A stretch of 63,623 nt of DNA, filler included, from Octopus bimaculoides (taxonomy: Eukaryota): NCBI RefSeq assembly GCF_001194135.2. It is 7 parts of 7 records of this genome, joined end to end, with 100 filler letters (N's around TTAATTAATTAA, not from the genome) between each part and the next. Parts side by side here need not be neighbours in the genome. Positions count along the whole stretch, not along the records: positions 1 to 21,598 come from NC_068989.1; positions 21,699 to 42,585 come from NC_068982.1; 5 more parts are not named here. The stretch is one strand, 5' to 3'. The notes below the pieces were generated by a model. The model was not told where the DNA came from. It saw only the letters and a program-made list of their open reading frames with translations, and searched no databases. Shown piece after piece: positions 10,962 through 24,035 of the stretch. A program made the translations under genes and the position numbers. The stretch's first letter is position 1, and every line of letters begins with the position of its first letter.

Positions 10962-12111
10962 TAAAAGTGGGCTGAAAAGTTCATTGGCTGACTATGAAGT
11001 AGTGATGCTAGAGCTGTGAAACTTTGCATGCATTAATTTCAATTCTTCTTATTAATAAATGCATTGTTTCTTCTCCAGGTAAACTGACATCTGACTGTTC
11101 AAAGAAATCTTCAAAAGTAATTAGTAGCGACGTCTCTTGAAAATGGACAAAATTTGGCATCATTGTGTTATCAAGTCTTGAAGACGATTTAAGGTCTGGA
11201 CGTCATGCAACTGCCATCACCGAGGAAATCATTGGTTATATTCACCATTTAGTGATGAATGACAGGTGACAGGCTATAAATCAAATAGCCAATGCTATTA
11301 GCAAATCCCATGAAATAGCTGAGAATATTCTGTTCAATGAATTTGGCATGATGAAGGTTTCTGCTCAGTGTGTGCCACATCTCCTGACACCTGATCAAAA
11401 ACACACTAGGCTGATCACATTGCTGGAAAATCTGACATTGTTTGATGCAGATCCATCTGGTCTCCTTGAATGTTTCCTAACCCAGATGAGTGTTGGCTTC
11501 ATCACTTTGAGCCAGAGACAAAGAGACAATCCATGCAGTGGAAACACCCTTCCTCACTTGTTCCAAAGAAGGCCAAGGTTGTTTCATCTGCAAGGGAAGG
11601 TGATGGCCTCAGATTTTTGGGATGCAAAAGGCATTGTGTTTATTGACTATCTTCAAAAGAGCCACATCATCAATAGAGAGTACTATGCCAACTTGCTGAA
11701 GCAGTTACAACAGGATATCAAGGCCAAATGCTCAGGAAAACTGATGAAGGTGGTCTTGTTTCATCAGGACAACGCTCCAGAACATGAGTTCTTGATTTCA
11801 ATGGCTGCTGTGCATGACTGTGCCTTTGAACTGTTTGATCACCTTTCCCATTCTCCTGATTTGGCCCCATCTGACTATCATGAAAAAATACTTGACTGGG
11901 AACAAGTATTGCAGTTACAATATCATATCTGCTGTCAATGGATTTTTTTACCAACAGGATGAAAACTTCTTCCCCAATGGGATCCAATCATTGCAACACC
12001 AATGAAAGAAGTGTGTAGACAACAAGGGGGTCTATGTTTGAAAAAAAATCTCATTTGGTTACATTCTATGGAGTACTTTGGTTGGCCTATGAACTTTACA
12101 GCTAACCCTTG
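10962..12111 (+). mobile_element. Mariner (D,D34D) transposon, defective, internally deleted
   Basis: Imperfect TIRs (..GCTGAAAAGTTCATTGGC / GCCTATGAACTTTACAGC..) flanked by TA. Transposase motifs CVPHLLT (WVP-like), GKVMASDFWDAKG, HQDNAP and HSPDLAPSDY, with a frameshift near the first catalytic Asp. Confidence 0.92.
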
Positions 12112-13289
12112 TATTTACACACACAAGTACACACACACACACACACACACAGCATAAATATTTAATTTTAAGTTTCAATAATCAGGAAAATAACAATTAA
12201 CACACAAGAACTTTTCTGAAATCATCCAGGTCAATTTTAGTCCCTTAACCCTTTTTTTCTTTTTACTATATTTCTGTTGAAATAAACTGCCTTTGTTTCA
12301 AGTAATTTTGAAAATAATGACAAATTTAGTAAAATAACTTAATCATTATTAAGCTGGTTATTGGAACATAAATTAATATGAAATCTTAAATCACTTTTTA
12401 GATCACTTTAAAATATGAAGTTTGTATCATTGAACTAAGGGGAAAATAATACTCTGAACTCTTGGATAATTTCCTATCTTATATTTGATAAGGGGGAAAT
12501 CTTTCCTAAAATAAAATAGAAGCATTAAACTTGTGCTGGGTGTCTTTTTCTGTTGGTATCACTGTACATATTTTGCCTAATTTCTCTCCTGCATTACTTT
12601 AGTCTTCTTAAAAATATTTATAACATTTACATGTTGCAAATGCTTCAAGCAAACTGATGTGGCCCAAGTATTACTGCTATTTTTACAGTTAGCAAACTAC
12701 AACCACCTTTACATTTATCCTTCTAGTATCCATAAAATACACTAGTCAGATACCCTATGTATGATGTAGGAGAAGTAGCACTTGATCAACTGACTATATC
12801 CAGTCCTCAAAAATTGTGGTCATGTGCCTAGGCTAAACATTGACTATACCCTTTCCCACCAAAATTGTAACCATGTGCCCAGGCTACAAATCATTATCAT
12901 TATTGGAGAAGCACTTTACTTTTACCATTCCAGAGTTTGATAAAGCAAGCAAGTCAGAGTCAATCATATCAGCTAAATCTCTTCCTCAGCCAAGTGCTAT
13001 TTTGTGTCTATTGAGCCAACAAGGATGCCTCTATATGGTTGCTCAATCATCTGCTGGAATTAGCAAGCTAATTACCACAAATCACACTCTACTGTCTAAG
13101 AAAAGAAGATATTGGATAATTTGGTCCTGTGTTCTTTGCACATAGAAAAAAGACAAGATGATCATGGCTAGAATGTTTTTGATCATAGGTCTGCTTGATC
13201 AGAATTGACCTAGGCTTAAATAATAATAATATATATCCTCATGTCTATACTAAAAACAAATGCTCATGCAAATACTACTACTACTCCTG

Positions 13290-16200
13290 CTGTTTCTGTT
13301 GCTGTTGTTTAACACAGCAACGTCGCTAGGTAATGTAACATGCCAAGCTGTCCACAACTAAGATAACACTCTTCATTCAAATTTCAAGAATTCTGCAGAG
13401 GATTCTCACAGTTCTAAGCAATGCTGTTTTCTGTAGACACTTAATCTTCACATTTACACTTATCTTTCCAATCCAGCTTGTGAGCTTCGAGCATAGCACC
13501 AGCTACAACACTCACCTTCTTCAATGGCCACAGCATTTTACCTTCCACTTCAAACCATCATATCTGACCTGCATCATTCCTTTTCCCAATACTCTGTTAA
13601 TACTAGAACATGCAATATCTATTGTTAAAAAGGGTTTTTTTTCCCCTCTTTATTAATATTTGGCTTTTGTTGTTCAATTTCATGATTGAACCTGGTGCAG
13701 CTCTCCAACTCATCAAGCTCCAGTCAAACTGTCTAACCCATGCCAGCATGGAGAGCAGACATTAAATGATGATGATGATATTGGCTCATTACATCCAACA
13801 GTATCTTCACCTTGTCATTCCTGATTACTCCTTCTGGGGTTTGCCAATACCATGTCTTTGCTTATCCAATCCATACTGGTCTCAAAACTTCCAAACTTCC
13901 AATCATTCTTGATGCATTATCATGTTTTCTTTTGTATTCCTTTGTGGACAGCTTTATGTATTCATTTGCAACAAGTCATACAGTCTAACACTTATCACTG
14001 CACAACCTGCACTTGTCATTTTCTGCCATATTGTCAATCCTGCAGTTGATGTAATTTGTCTTAAGTTCTTGTTCCTGCACTGCACAGATAAGTATTTCTG
14101 TTTTTGGCTTCAAGTCACTCTTCCTTAGCCAATGCCACCTTCCATAGGCTTCTGTATTCCTGCTCACATCCCTTGCAAACTACCCATATATCTTTTTTCC
14201 ATTCCATTTTCTTTTATCTTCCTTACTCATTTCTCTTTGCACATCTGTCTCCATGCAAATATCTGTCCTGAGTATATCAGATATTCTCACCTGAACCAGC
14301 AAGGCTTCTATGGCACTCTTGACATAGAAGCCCTAAACTATTTTCTTCTGAGCATATACAATTTTCATAACTGATTAGTCTTTGTGTCTGATTAGATACA
14401 GCCTGTCAGCATTGCTCTTGGGGTGGAATGCTCCATGCATTGTAAGTAGTTTTCTCAATTTTTGCTATAACCTCTGCATCTCCTCTTCCCTATAATTGAT
14501 AATACTTGCAACATACTTCAGTTATGCAATTGCCCACACATTGATTGCATGAAATTTATTTCTTCCATTCAGTTTTGACCACAACACCAGTTCAAGTCTT
14601 TGGAGATATTCTTGCAGAAACCTTTTCTTCATTTCTTTTTCCATCACTTTATTCACCTCCAATATGCTCAAGTTGCTGAGACCCCCTTCGGTCGTGACTG
14701 ACCATGGGATTGCACCTAGAAAGTTACCCTCTGAGGCACAAGTCCGGGCAAGTTTGTTTATGGAAGACCAGCAGACGCCCATGCATACCAGCCTCCCCTT
14801 TCCACGCCACCAGTGTTATCCAAGAGTAAGGCAAAAGCCGATATAGCTTGGCACCAGTGACGTCGCAACTCATTTCTACAGCTGAGTGAAATGGAGCAAC
14901 GTGAAATAAAGTACCTTGCTGAAGAATACAACATGCAGCCCGGTCCGGGATTCGAACTCACAACCTCACGATCGTAAGCTCAATGCTCTAACCACTGAGC
15001 CATATGCCTTCACATGCCCAAGTATTTATAGATATATATATATACCCAGGATCATCAAGCCTCTTCATGTTTTCTCCTGATGGTAATTCTTTACCTTCAA
15101 GTCTGTTGATTTTTCCCTCTCGTTAAGAATATTACTCTACATTTTTTAGGATCAAATTCCATTTTGATGTCCTTGCTAAAGCAATAAACTGTTACTAAAG
15201 CTTCATCCTTACCAAACAGCTTGATATCATCCTTATATAACATATGACTGATCTTTTGCTGTTTTTCCTTAAACTCATATCCAGATGCTACTTTCTTTGT
15301 AGCAATGTTAAAGGAATCATGCACAGCTAGTAAAGGAGACACTCTGTCTCCTTGAAAGATCTCCCTCTTGATTCTTAATATTCCTACATTCTGTTTGTAT
15401 GATGTGAGCTTAGTCTTCTGACATACTGTACCTTTTCTATTGAAAAAACTCCATGTGTTGTCGTGTCATACACCTTGCAGTAATCTATCCAGGTCATTAC
15501 CAAATTTGTTTTCCTTTGCATATTATCTTTCATCACCATTTTATCTATAGTCTTTAGTTCCCCAGTAAATCCATTTACAACCCTTCTACTATAAAGGGAA
15601 AATTCCATTATCATCAAGAAGCGTATACATTTCATCAGCAATCATTCCAGTGAGCAGCTTCCACATCAACAGGAAGCATAATTATGCATCTGTAATTATC
15701 CACAGCATTCCTTTTTAAAGCATCCTCCAAACACAGTATTGTTTATCCAGTAGTTATCCACTTAGGAATCTCTTCATTCCCATTGATCAGTGCATTAAGC
15801 TGTTCTGCTTTTCTTTTACGGCACCCTGCCAGCTTCTTTATCCAATACTTCTCAACAGCATCAGGTCCAGCTGCTTTACTCATCTTCCCACATACTTCAG
15901 TTCTATATTTGAGAGATGAGGAATTATGTACATTATTTACATTTTACGGATATTTGTCCTCATCTTGTTTGTAAATAATTCCCACATACTTGTTGCACAT
16001 TTTCTTTTCAATTCTAATTTCTTCCTGCAGTAGACAAGAACTCCTTCAAATTTTGTTGCTACTCAGCCACAGCATTTTGCTATTCTTCCTAACCCCATAT
16101 CTTGCTCCAAAATATATGACTTTCTTCTGCTTCTGATATAACACTTTTGTGTGTGATATCCCCCATTTATTTCTTGATAAAATTTTCTTCTCATCATTTT

Positions 16201-17150
16201 GGAGTAATCTATTTTGTTTCTACTGCTTCACTCTTTGATCAGGTCTTGTAATTTTGCCTCTTTTTGCCAAAACATGCTGTTTCAGTTCTTCAATTACAAA
16301 ATTCAGTCCTTTCCAGTCAACACCATACTGTTATCTTCAGTATGTCATATTTATAACTTTTCCTAAGCTTACATTTTCTCTTTCTTTTCATTACTGATAC
16401 ATCAGCAATAAGCTTATTTATATCTCCTTATATCCTTCATTTTCACCACAAGTCTTTATTTTGTATTTCTTGTATTACTTGTTCTTTCATTGACTTTTAT
16501 TTTTGAGTTTTCCACAGCAACACTACTTGCTGCCTTAATAACTCTATTGCTTTTTGTTATGTTGTGTATTCTCATACTCCAAAATTTTGTTAACTGTCAT
16601 TGTTTTTTTTGGTTCAATTTTCTCTAATCAGCATTGTTGAAATCACATGCACATTCTATATGTTGGGAATTTTACTAATTCAAACACCCTATTAATTATT
16701 ATTTGATCAATCCTCATTCAGCACTCCACCAGCATCTGTATTATGTTGATCAAAGATACATTAATGTCATCAAAATTTCCATTTGCTACCATTTTAAATC
16801 CATTACTTTGAACAGTATCATCCAGCTTCACTATTTCTACTTCATTCTCCTGTACCACACTTAATACTTTCATTTGTTTGTCTCTCGATGGCTTCAAGTT
16901 CAACCTAATGTAACTATCCATTCTTTCAAATTGCTCTTTCCTGGTTGCAAATCCTCTGCGCTGTAGTTTCAAACAGTCCTCTCCTTTTCCAATCACTATA
17001 CATTCTTTGTCAATAATCCCTTACTAGAACTCCATTTTCATTTACTGGGTTGCTCACATAGTAGCACTCCATGACAGCAGCATTTACCTGTTTACTGTAC
17101 TTCTTTTCATAGTTAGCAGGAGCTGAGTTATGACTGGGCCCACTCTGTAC
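13290..17150 (-). mobile_element. R4/Dong-like (RLE-type) non-LTR retrotransposon, heavily degraded
   Basis: Minus-strand fragments: IDKMVMKDNMQRKTNLVMTWIDYCKVYD, SPLL..KISHMLYKDDIKLFGK (RT), YKYLGI, SKLNGRNKFHAINVWA, WLRKSDLKPKTE..CRLC (zinc knuckle) and LQKTALLRTVRILCRILEI* at the C-terminus, then a trinucleotide tail. Confidence 0.88.
14668..15013 (-). mobile_element. tRNA-derived SINE nested in the LINE
   Basis: Minus-strand head GTGAAGGCATATGGCTCAGTGGTTAGAGC..GAGTTCGAATCCCGG has A and B boxes. It splits the LINE codons YKYLGI|LEVNK. ATGC is repeated at both junctions (14664-14667, 15014-15017). Confidence 0.9.
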
Positions 17151-18189
17151 TATGAGGCTCGTGTTGAGCAAAGTACTTTCACCTCTGGTTTTAATACTAT
17201 TTATGTCATTATTTGAATCATTATTTTGCAGCAGTTTATTAATGTGTTAGGTTTGTAAGGGTTTCCCTTCCCACAAGTATTTTTTTTGTGTGATACTATC
17301 AGCAGGAGAGCCAACAACCAAAGCTAAAAACCCTTCCTGGCAATGAGACACAACTTAACCTCATCAGATGCCAGCCCAGTACTTCTTGGTCATGGGGTAT
17401 TGTTGTTGTCATCATTGTCAGAACCGTTAGAACATTGGATAATATGACTAGCGCTATTTCTTCTGATTCATTCATTCTGAGTTCAAATATTGCTGAGATC
17501 AACTTGACTTCATTCTTTTAGGTCAACAAAATAAGTACCGTTTGAGCACTTGGGTTATTGTAATAGGCTCGCTCCCTGCCTCTAAAACTGCTGGCCTTCT
17601 GCCAAAATTTAAAACCATTAGTATTACTATTATTATTATGATCCACATATAGCTGAGTGATTAAGAAGTTCAGTTCACAATCAAGTTTCAAATTCAATAC
17701 CTTGGGCTAAGCATCTTCTACTGTTGCTTCAGTTCTGCCTGTCAGTGCAATTTGGTAGATGAACCTGTGTAAAAACCCATCGTATAAAGAAAGCCTATCA
17801 AGTGTGTGTGTGTGTGCGCGTGTTTATATTTTAATATGTTGTGGTTTTGTATTGTGCAGAGTTGTAAAATGAGTTGTGTCCCTTTATTTATTGAATTATT
17901 GAAGTGATTAAGTTACCTTTATGTCAAAAAGTAACTTAACTATTCAATGAATTAAATACCAGATTAAAACAAAAACTGGTGGTAGGGAGCAGTCCAATGA
18001 CTGAAAATAATAAAAGAATATCAGTGCTCTTGCTGCTGACAGCTCCAGTTGGATTGATTTAAAATCCTGGCTGCATGTTATACATATTAGCATAGAAAAT
18101 CTAACACATCATATTCTTGTTCTTTACAAAACAATACTAATAGTGTAGCTGCTGCTGCTAATAGTTTTTTAAATTTTAGCACAATGCCA

Positions 18190-18380
18190 GCAATTTTAGC
18201 AGGAAGGGGTTGGTTGACTACATCAATCCCAGTACTTGTATGGTACTTCATTTTATTGACCTAAAAAGAATGAGAGACAAAGTTGATCTCAGCAGGATTT
18301 GAACTGAAAATATAAAGAGCAGAAGAAATGTTACTAAGTATTTCGTCTGGTATGCTAGCAATGCTCCCAGCTCTGCAAAG
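18190..18380 (-). mobile_element. tRNA-derived SINE (family with ..CTTTGTCTCTCATTC..GGTCAATAAAATGAAGTACC.. core)
   Basis: Reverse complement matches the units of the 48845-49995 array. Confidence 0.75.
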
Positions 18381-18827
18381 GTAACTGGTGATCAGGTGGG
18401 TACTTACTTTCTGAACAGAAACACCAATAATAAACAACCCAAGTGGAGCCAGAAAAAAGAGTAGCAGGTCTAGGAAATTCTTCAGTTAGAAAGAGCAACG
18501 TTCCAAGGTATCCATAGGCATGATGGAAAATATCCTGAAATACATCAAATAGATAATAAATATATGTGCATGTTATGTGCATGTGAGAGAATGACAAGGG
18601 GAAAATAGTCAAGAAAACCTTAACATACTTGATGATGTATTAGCCTTCAAAATTTTAAGTAATCAAAAATTACAGTGATGAGTGGAATTATCAAAATGAT
18701 TAATCATAGTTAAAAAGAAAGAGCAAAGAAAACAACCCTAAATTTTTGATAAAATCAAATATGGAATGCAATGGGAGCGAATCTGGTGTTTAAATGTGTG
18801 TGTGTGTGCATAGGGCGTATGTATACT

Positions 18828-18886
<59 letters not shown>

Positions 18887-18900
18887 TACACATATATATA

Positions 18901-21540
18901 CAGGTACACAATCCTTTATCTGGAACCCTTGGGGATAGTTGTGTTCTGAATTTCCGATTTTTGAGGATTTCAGAACAAAAGGCAGCTGCCCCAGATCATA
19001 AACTAGACATCAAAACAGATGTCCAACTACACTAACAAAAGCACATGTATACACACTCACATTCAGTGGGAAAAATAAAGATTTATTTATAGAGTAATGT
19101 ACTGGTAAATGAAATAGTGTGATAATTAAGAGCCTAAATAATAAAATGCATACAGTGGGGTAATTTAAAACAAAAATACATGATCCACAAGTACAGGTGC
19201 TATTACTATAATATTTCTGTAGAGAGACATAAGTATTCACACTAATTTGAATAAAGAAAGACTACAAATGGTATTACAGTTTATTCATATGCTATAGCCA
19301 TAAATTGGTTCAAACTAGGCTAAATATGTAGCTACCATTAATTTGTAGAACAGGATCTGTCAGTGTCACCAGCATTGTCATCAGGTTGCAGGCAAATGTC
19401 TGATGATGGGCCAGCAACAGGATTCTCAGGTAATGAAATAGCACTACGAGAGAGGAAATTTTTAAAGACTTCTTCAAGTGTCATCTGTCTCATTAGCATA
19501 GGTTTCTGTCTAAGCAATGTTTCTGAGTAAACTCCCATAGTTTGTTGCTCACTGATAAATGCACGTTGTTCAAGGCCAACTATTAATTGATCACAAATTT
19601 TCACCATATCATCAATAGGAATTTTTTCACCTGTGTTCTCCATGTCATCATTACTACTGTCTTCATTCTTATCTGTATTTAACACTATTTCAGCAATTTC
19701 TCCTTCACTCAAGGAATGCACAAGAGGTGCAACATTGTCAATGTTTAGCATTTCTTCAGTGTCCAATTCTAGATCACTTAGACTTCCACACAATAAACTT
19801 TTGGCATAAGTTATGAGTTTTGATTGCATCTTCTCGTTAGTGACACAAAATCCTCTGAACTCATTATCTATAGGGTCGCTTTCATAAAACATTGTTATTG
19901 GCCAAATTCTGTGCCAGGCATTTGTTACTGCTGATTTATCAACATCAGTCCAAGCATTCACAACTGAGTAGATGGCATTCTTAACAGTGAACTCTCTTAA
20001 GTAGTCTTGCATTCTTACTCCTTTGTTGACAGCATCAAACACACAGCTCATAAAATTATTTTTATAGTTGCTCTTCATCATCATCATCATCGTCGTCGTT
20101 TAACGTCCGCTTTCCATGCTAGCATGGGTTGGACGATTTCACTGGGGACTGGCAAGCCAGCAGGCTGCACCAAGCTCCAATCTGATCTGGCGGAGTTTCT
20201 ACAGCTGGATGCCCTTCCTAACACCAACCACTCCGAGAGTGTAGTGGGTGTTTTTACGTGCCACCGGCACAAGGGCCAGTCACAAGATATTGGCAACGGC
20301 CACGCTCAAAAAGGTGTTTTTTACGTGCCACCTGCATGGGAGCCAGTCCAGCGGCACTGGCAACGACCTCGTTCGAATGATTTTCTAACATGCCACCAGC
20401 ACAAGTGCTAGAAGACAATGCTGGTAACGATTACGCTCTAATGGTGCTATTTACGGGCCACTAGCACAGAAGCCAGACAGCTGTTCTGGCAATGAACATG
20501 CTCAGACAGTGCTGTTAGTGCTCCACTGGCACAAGTGTCAGTCATCGAGTATGGTTCAATTACGATTTTGATTTCACTTGCCACAACAGGTCTTCGCAAG
20601 TAGAGTTTAGTGTCCAATGAAGGAGAGGTTGGCATGGCTGGAGCATAAAACTCCTAGGTCACAAGGCTGTAAAACAGATGTCAGATTGGGAGGTAAGTAA
20701 ATGCCAAAAACATTACTTTTCACAAGAAATTCAGCAGGATGTGCAGAGCAGTTGTCTAGGAACAATAAAATTTCAGTTTTCTTCCAGTCCAGTTTGCCTG
20801 TAATGAGCTCATGCTGCTGGTACAAAATGATTATTGAACCAGTCAGAAAATATTTCTTGGGTTACTCATGCTTTCTTGTTTGCATAATAATGCACAGGTA
20901 AATTAACCATGCCTCTCAGACATTAGTTTTTTCCAATGACTGCCAACTTCACCTTGTGTGTGCCCGCTGCATTAACACCTCCAAGGACAGTTAACCTTTC
21001 CTTAGCATCCTTAAAACCTGCTGATGCTGTCTCATCTGCTGTTGTTAAAAAATTTTCTTGGAACGTAGCACCAGTACATAGCTGTTTTATCAGCATTGTA
21101 AATCTGTTCAGGAGAAAGGTTTTCATGAGATATGATTTTGCAAATTCATCTATGCAATTTTCCACAGCTTCATAATCAGCAGAAGCTTTTTCACCTAAGA
21201 TTTTGAGACATTTTACACCATGATGCTTCTTAAATTTCTGCAGCCAACCTTCTGAATATTGACACTCCTTCAATGTTCAATTCTTTATGATATATTCTAG
21301 CTTGTGCCATAACCAACAACCCATTCAGGGGCATATGTTTCCTTCTTCTTTATCAAATCGATCCTATCATCACACAGTCAAGATCTTCATTTTTTGCCCT
21401 AAGTAGTGTTTTACAATTTGTCATTAGTTTGTGATCATCTCTCACTATAAAACTTTGTTCCAACATCATACTCTTCAGTGAACCACTGCACAGACACACC
21501 ACAATCAAGTTTCTGCAGTAACTCCACTTTCTGCATTATA
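18901..21540 (-). mobile_element. Tigger/pogo DNA transposon (Jerky/TIGD-like DDE_1 transposase), defective; 5' end lost near a gap
   Basis: TA + CAGGTACACAATCCTTTATCTGGAAC TIR-like end at 18901. Motifs SEGWLQKFKKHHG (CENP-B HTH), KERLTVLG..NAAGTHK, LLFLDNCSAHP, LPPNLTSVLQPCDLGV and NAWHRIWP in ORFs 20923-21273, 20607-20825 and 19338-20090. Confidence 0.88.
20079..20639 (-). mobile_element. (ATG)n-tailed retroposon fragment nested in the Tigger transposase
   Basis: Same family as 5995-6205. Removing it rejoins QPCDLGVLCS|MKSNYKNN in frame. Confidence 0.88.
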
Positions 21541-22109
21541 GATAATTATTGATTCAATAAAAAGACAACAAACGGAAAATACGACATACCTGTGTATANN
21601 NNNNNNNNNNNNNNNNNNNNNNNNNNNNNNNNNNNNNNNNNNTTAATTAATTAANNNNNNNNNNNNNNNNNNNNNNNNNNNNNNNNNNNNNNNNNNNNAT
21701 ATATATATATATATATATAAATGGAGTTGAATACAGGTGATATTCGAATCTTTTAACTTCCGACATATAGTTCAAAGAAAACATTGGTATTATTCCAGAA
21801 GGAATAAAATTGTGTAAAACAATGCAATCTTTCAGTAATCACTCAAAGAATTTAGTTAGGAATATTTTAGTTAGACTTTCTAGATTATCTACTAATGTTG
21901 ATATCATCAACGATAAAGCTGAATTTTATAACTTTGCCTTACTTAAAGCAGGCTATAAAGAAAAAAATTACCTATATTAATCAAGCCATAACGATATTAA
22001 CAATATTAATTTTATTTCGAATAATAACACCAAATCGAGTAAAGCAATTCTGCAGCGTAAGGGAGATAACCGTTATTTAAGACCCTTTCTCGTTATAAAG
22101 GTACATCGA

Positions 22110-22850
22110 GGACTTTTAAAGATAATTACCCTAATAACAAGGTATGTTTGGTTAATAATTCCATATGGTAAACATATTCAGATCCAACCTCCTTTATCAG
22201 TTTCGTGAAGCTATAGAAAAGAATTTCCCAAGAAATTCAAGATACTATTCGATTATTAATTCATACCGAATCAGGATTGGGTTTTCTTACACCAAAAATC
22301 TTTCACAGATCATCTCTTTGCATAATAATAAGTTGTTAAATACAAATCCACTTAATGAAAATAGTAACATTGATATCGTTAACACTAACCATTCTTTAAA
22401 TAATAATAGCAGCGGTGTTAGTGTTTCTGATGTGGATTCCAATTGCATTCGTTTCCTTAGCAGTAATTCTAAGACTAGAAACTTTATTTATCAATGTAAA
22501 ATTACTTCTTGTTCTGACGTCTTTTTTATATAGGTAGTTCTTCATCTCAGTTGTCCAAAAGAATATCTAATCATTACTCTACCTTTAGACATATCAATAA
22601 ACGTAACAATACTGGGCTTAGTAAATTAATTTGGTATCTAAAGGATCATGATAAACAATATGATATGGAATGGAATATTCTATCTATATCTTTTCCGTAT
22701 GATAAAGGTAAATCTTTTTGTCCGTTTGGTTACAATGAAATGTATTTCATCCTGTTCTTAGATAATCCTCTTGTAAACATGTTTATAGAACGCGTTTACC
22801 GTTGCAAACATTGGCAAAAACATGCCTTTAGTTCCTCTAAGTGATTTCAA
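22110..22850 (+). mobile_element. Penelope-like element, linker plus GIY-YIG fragment
   Basis: EKNFPRNSRYYSIINSYRIRIGFSYTKNLSQIISLHNNKLL, NFIYQCKIT, KRISNHYSTFRH..TGLSKLIWYLKD..MEWNIL and RCKHWQKH in ORFs 22165-22533 and 22551-22844. Confidence 0.85.
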
Positions 22851-23078
22851 GCATTCTATAAAATTTGACCTTTGACTGTCTTCTTACATTTCATTTCCGC
22901 TAAATATATCTACTTCCAAGCCTTTAAGCTTTATTCCTATTCACTTATCTCTCTATATCTCTTCACTATTAGTTTTCTACACGTGGAGATGTAAGGGGAA
23001 AGTAAGCAGAAAAATAAGAGAAAATGCACATTGGAAATCAAAAAGAAGGTAAGGCTTTTTATGAAGAGTAACGATATG

Positions 23079-23110
<32 letters not shown>

Positions 23111-23982
23111 TGTATGTGTAGGTGTCTGTATGCATATGTGCGTGTGATTGTGTGTGTGTGTATGCGATATAATGTAATATTTTCTTGTTAGTCTATTGTG
23201 GGTTATCTATTTATCAATCATTTCACTGACTTATTGATCTATCTATCTATCTATCTATCTATCTCCCGTATTGTTGTCGTCCTTGAGGCAAAACAAATCA
23301 GCAGCAGCAGCAACAATAGTAATAGTAGTAACGGTGGTGATGGTGATGGTGATGGTGATGGTGATCGTGATGGTGATCGTGATGGTGGCGGCGCTAGCGT
23401 TAACAATATTACTCTTGTTGCGGTTATTGTTTCTTGTTCTCGGAATTGTTATATTTCTTTCAGTAAATATAATTGGATGTGTGCGTGTGTATATAGGCAT
23501 GTGTGTGAGTGTGTGTGTGTCTGTGCGTCTGTGTGCGAGTGCATGTGTGCGTGTGTGAGTGTGTATGTGTGTGTGAGTGCGTGTGGGCGCGTGTGTGTGT
23601 ATGTGTGTATGGAGGGGTGAGCTGAAAGAGAAACAGTAAGTAAATGACAATTTTACAACAACGCGATGACGGGGCGCAGCGTGGAAACGAGGTGCGACTG
23701 TTATGTGTGTCTGTTTATTTCTGTACTATTTTATGTGCAATGTGTATTTATATCTATAAGTGTTTCTAGGTGTCTGTTAATGTATTTTGTGTGCGCTCGT
23801 GTATGTGCATGTGTGCTTGTACTGTGTGGATGCATATGTGCGTCTGTCCTTGATTGCGAAACAGGACTGTGTCAAGTAGGTGGAGATATTTTAGCAGATG
23901 CAGCGACATAATAGCCGACAACAATGGCAGCTGTGAATGTAGATGTGTGTGTGTGTGTCTGTCTGTCTGTCTGTCTGTCTGT

Positions 23983-24035
<53 letters not shown>

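Noticed and set aside
13260-13335. Apparent + strand signal-peptide exon MLMQILLLLLLFLLLLFNTATSLG|gtaatg
   Set aside because: It is the reverse complement of the trinucleotide tail of the R4/Dong-like LINE; the poly-Leu comes from (CTA/CTG)n.
13511-13580. Strong minus-strand donor AAG|GTGAGT
   Set aside because: Lies inside the LINE C-terminal region; no pyrimidine tract upstream and all frames are closed.
17330-17380. CTGATGAG on the minus strand near the LINE 5' end as a hammerhead
   Set aside because: No correctly placed GAAA/stem III/NUH. The motifs near 4350-4385 and 4625-4660 are likewise too degenerate to call.
18408-18479. 72-nt minus-strand segment ending in AAA|GTAAGT that would fit phase 1-1 (EFPRPATLFSGSTWVVYYWCFCSE)
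   Set aside because: Weak AAG acceptor, T-rich low-information peptide and an adjacent SINE; not distinguishable from chance without RNA data.
21584-21598. Donor-like CAG|GTATGT beside a gap
   Set aside because: Only 9 nt of putative exon are visible, and they are microsatellite-like.
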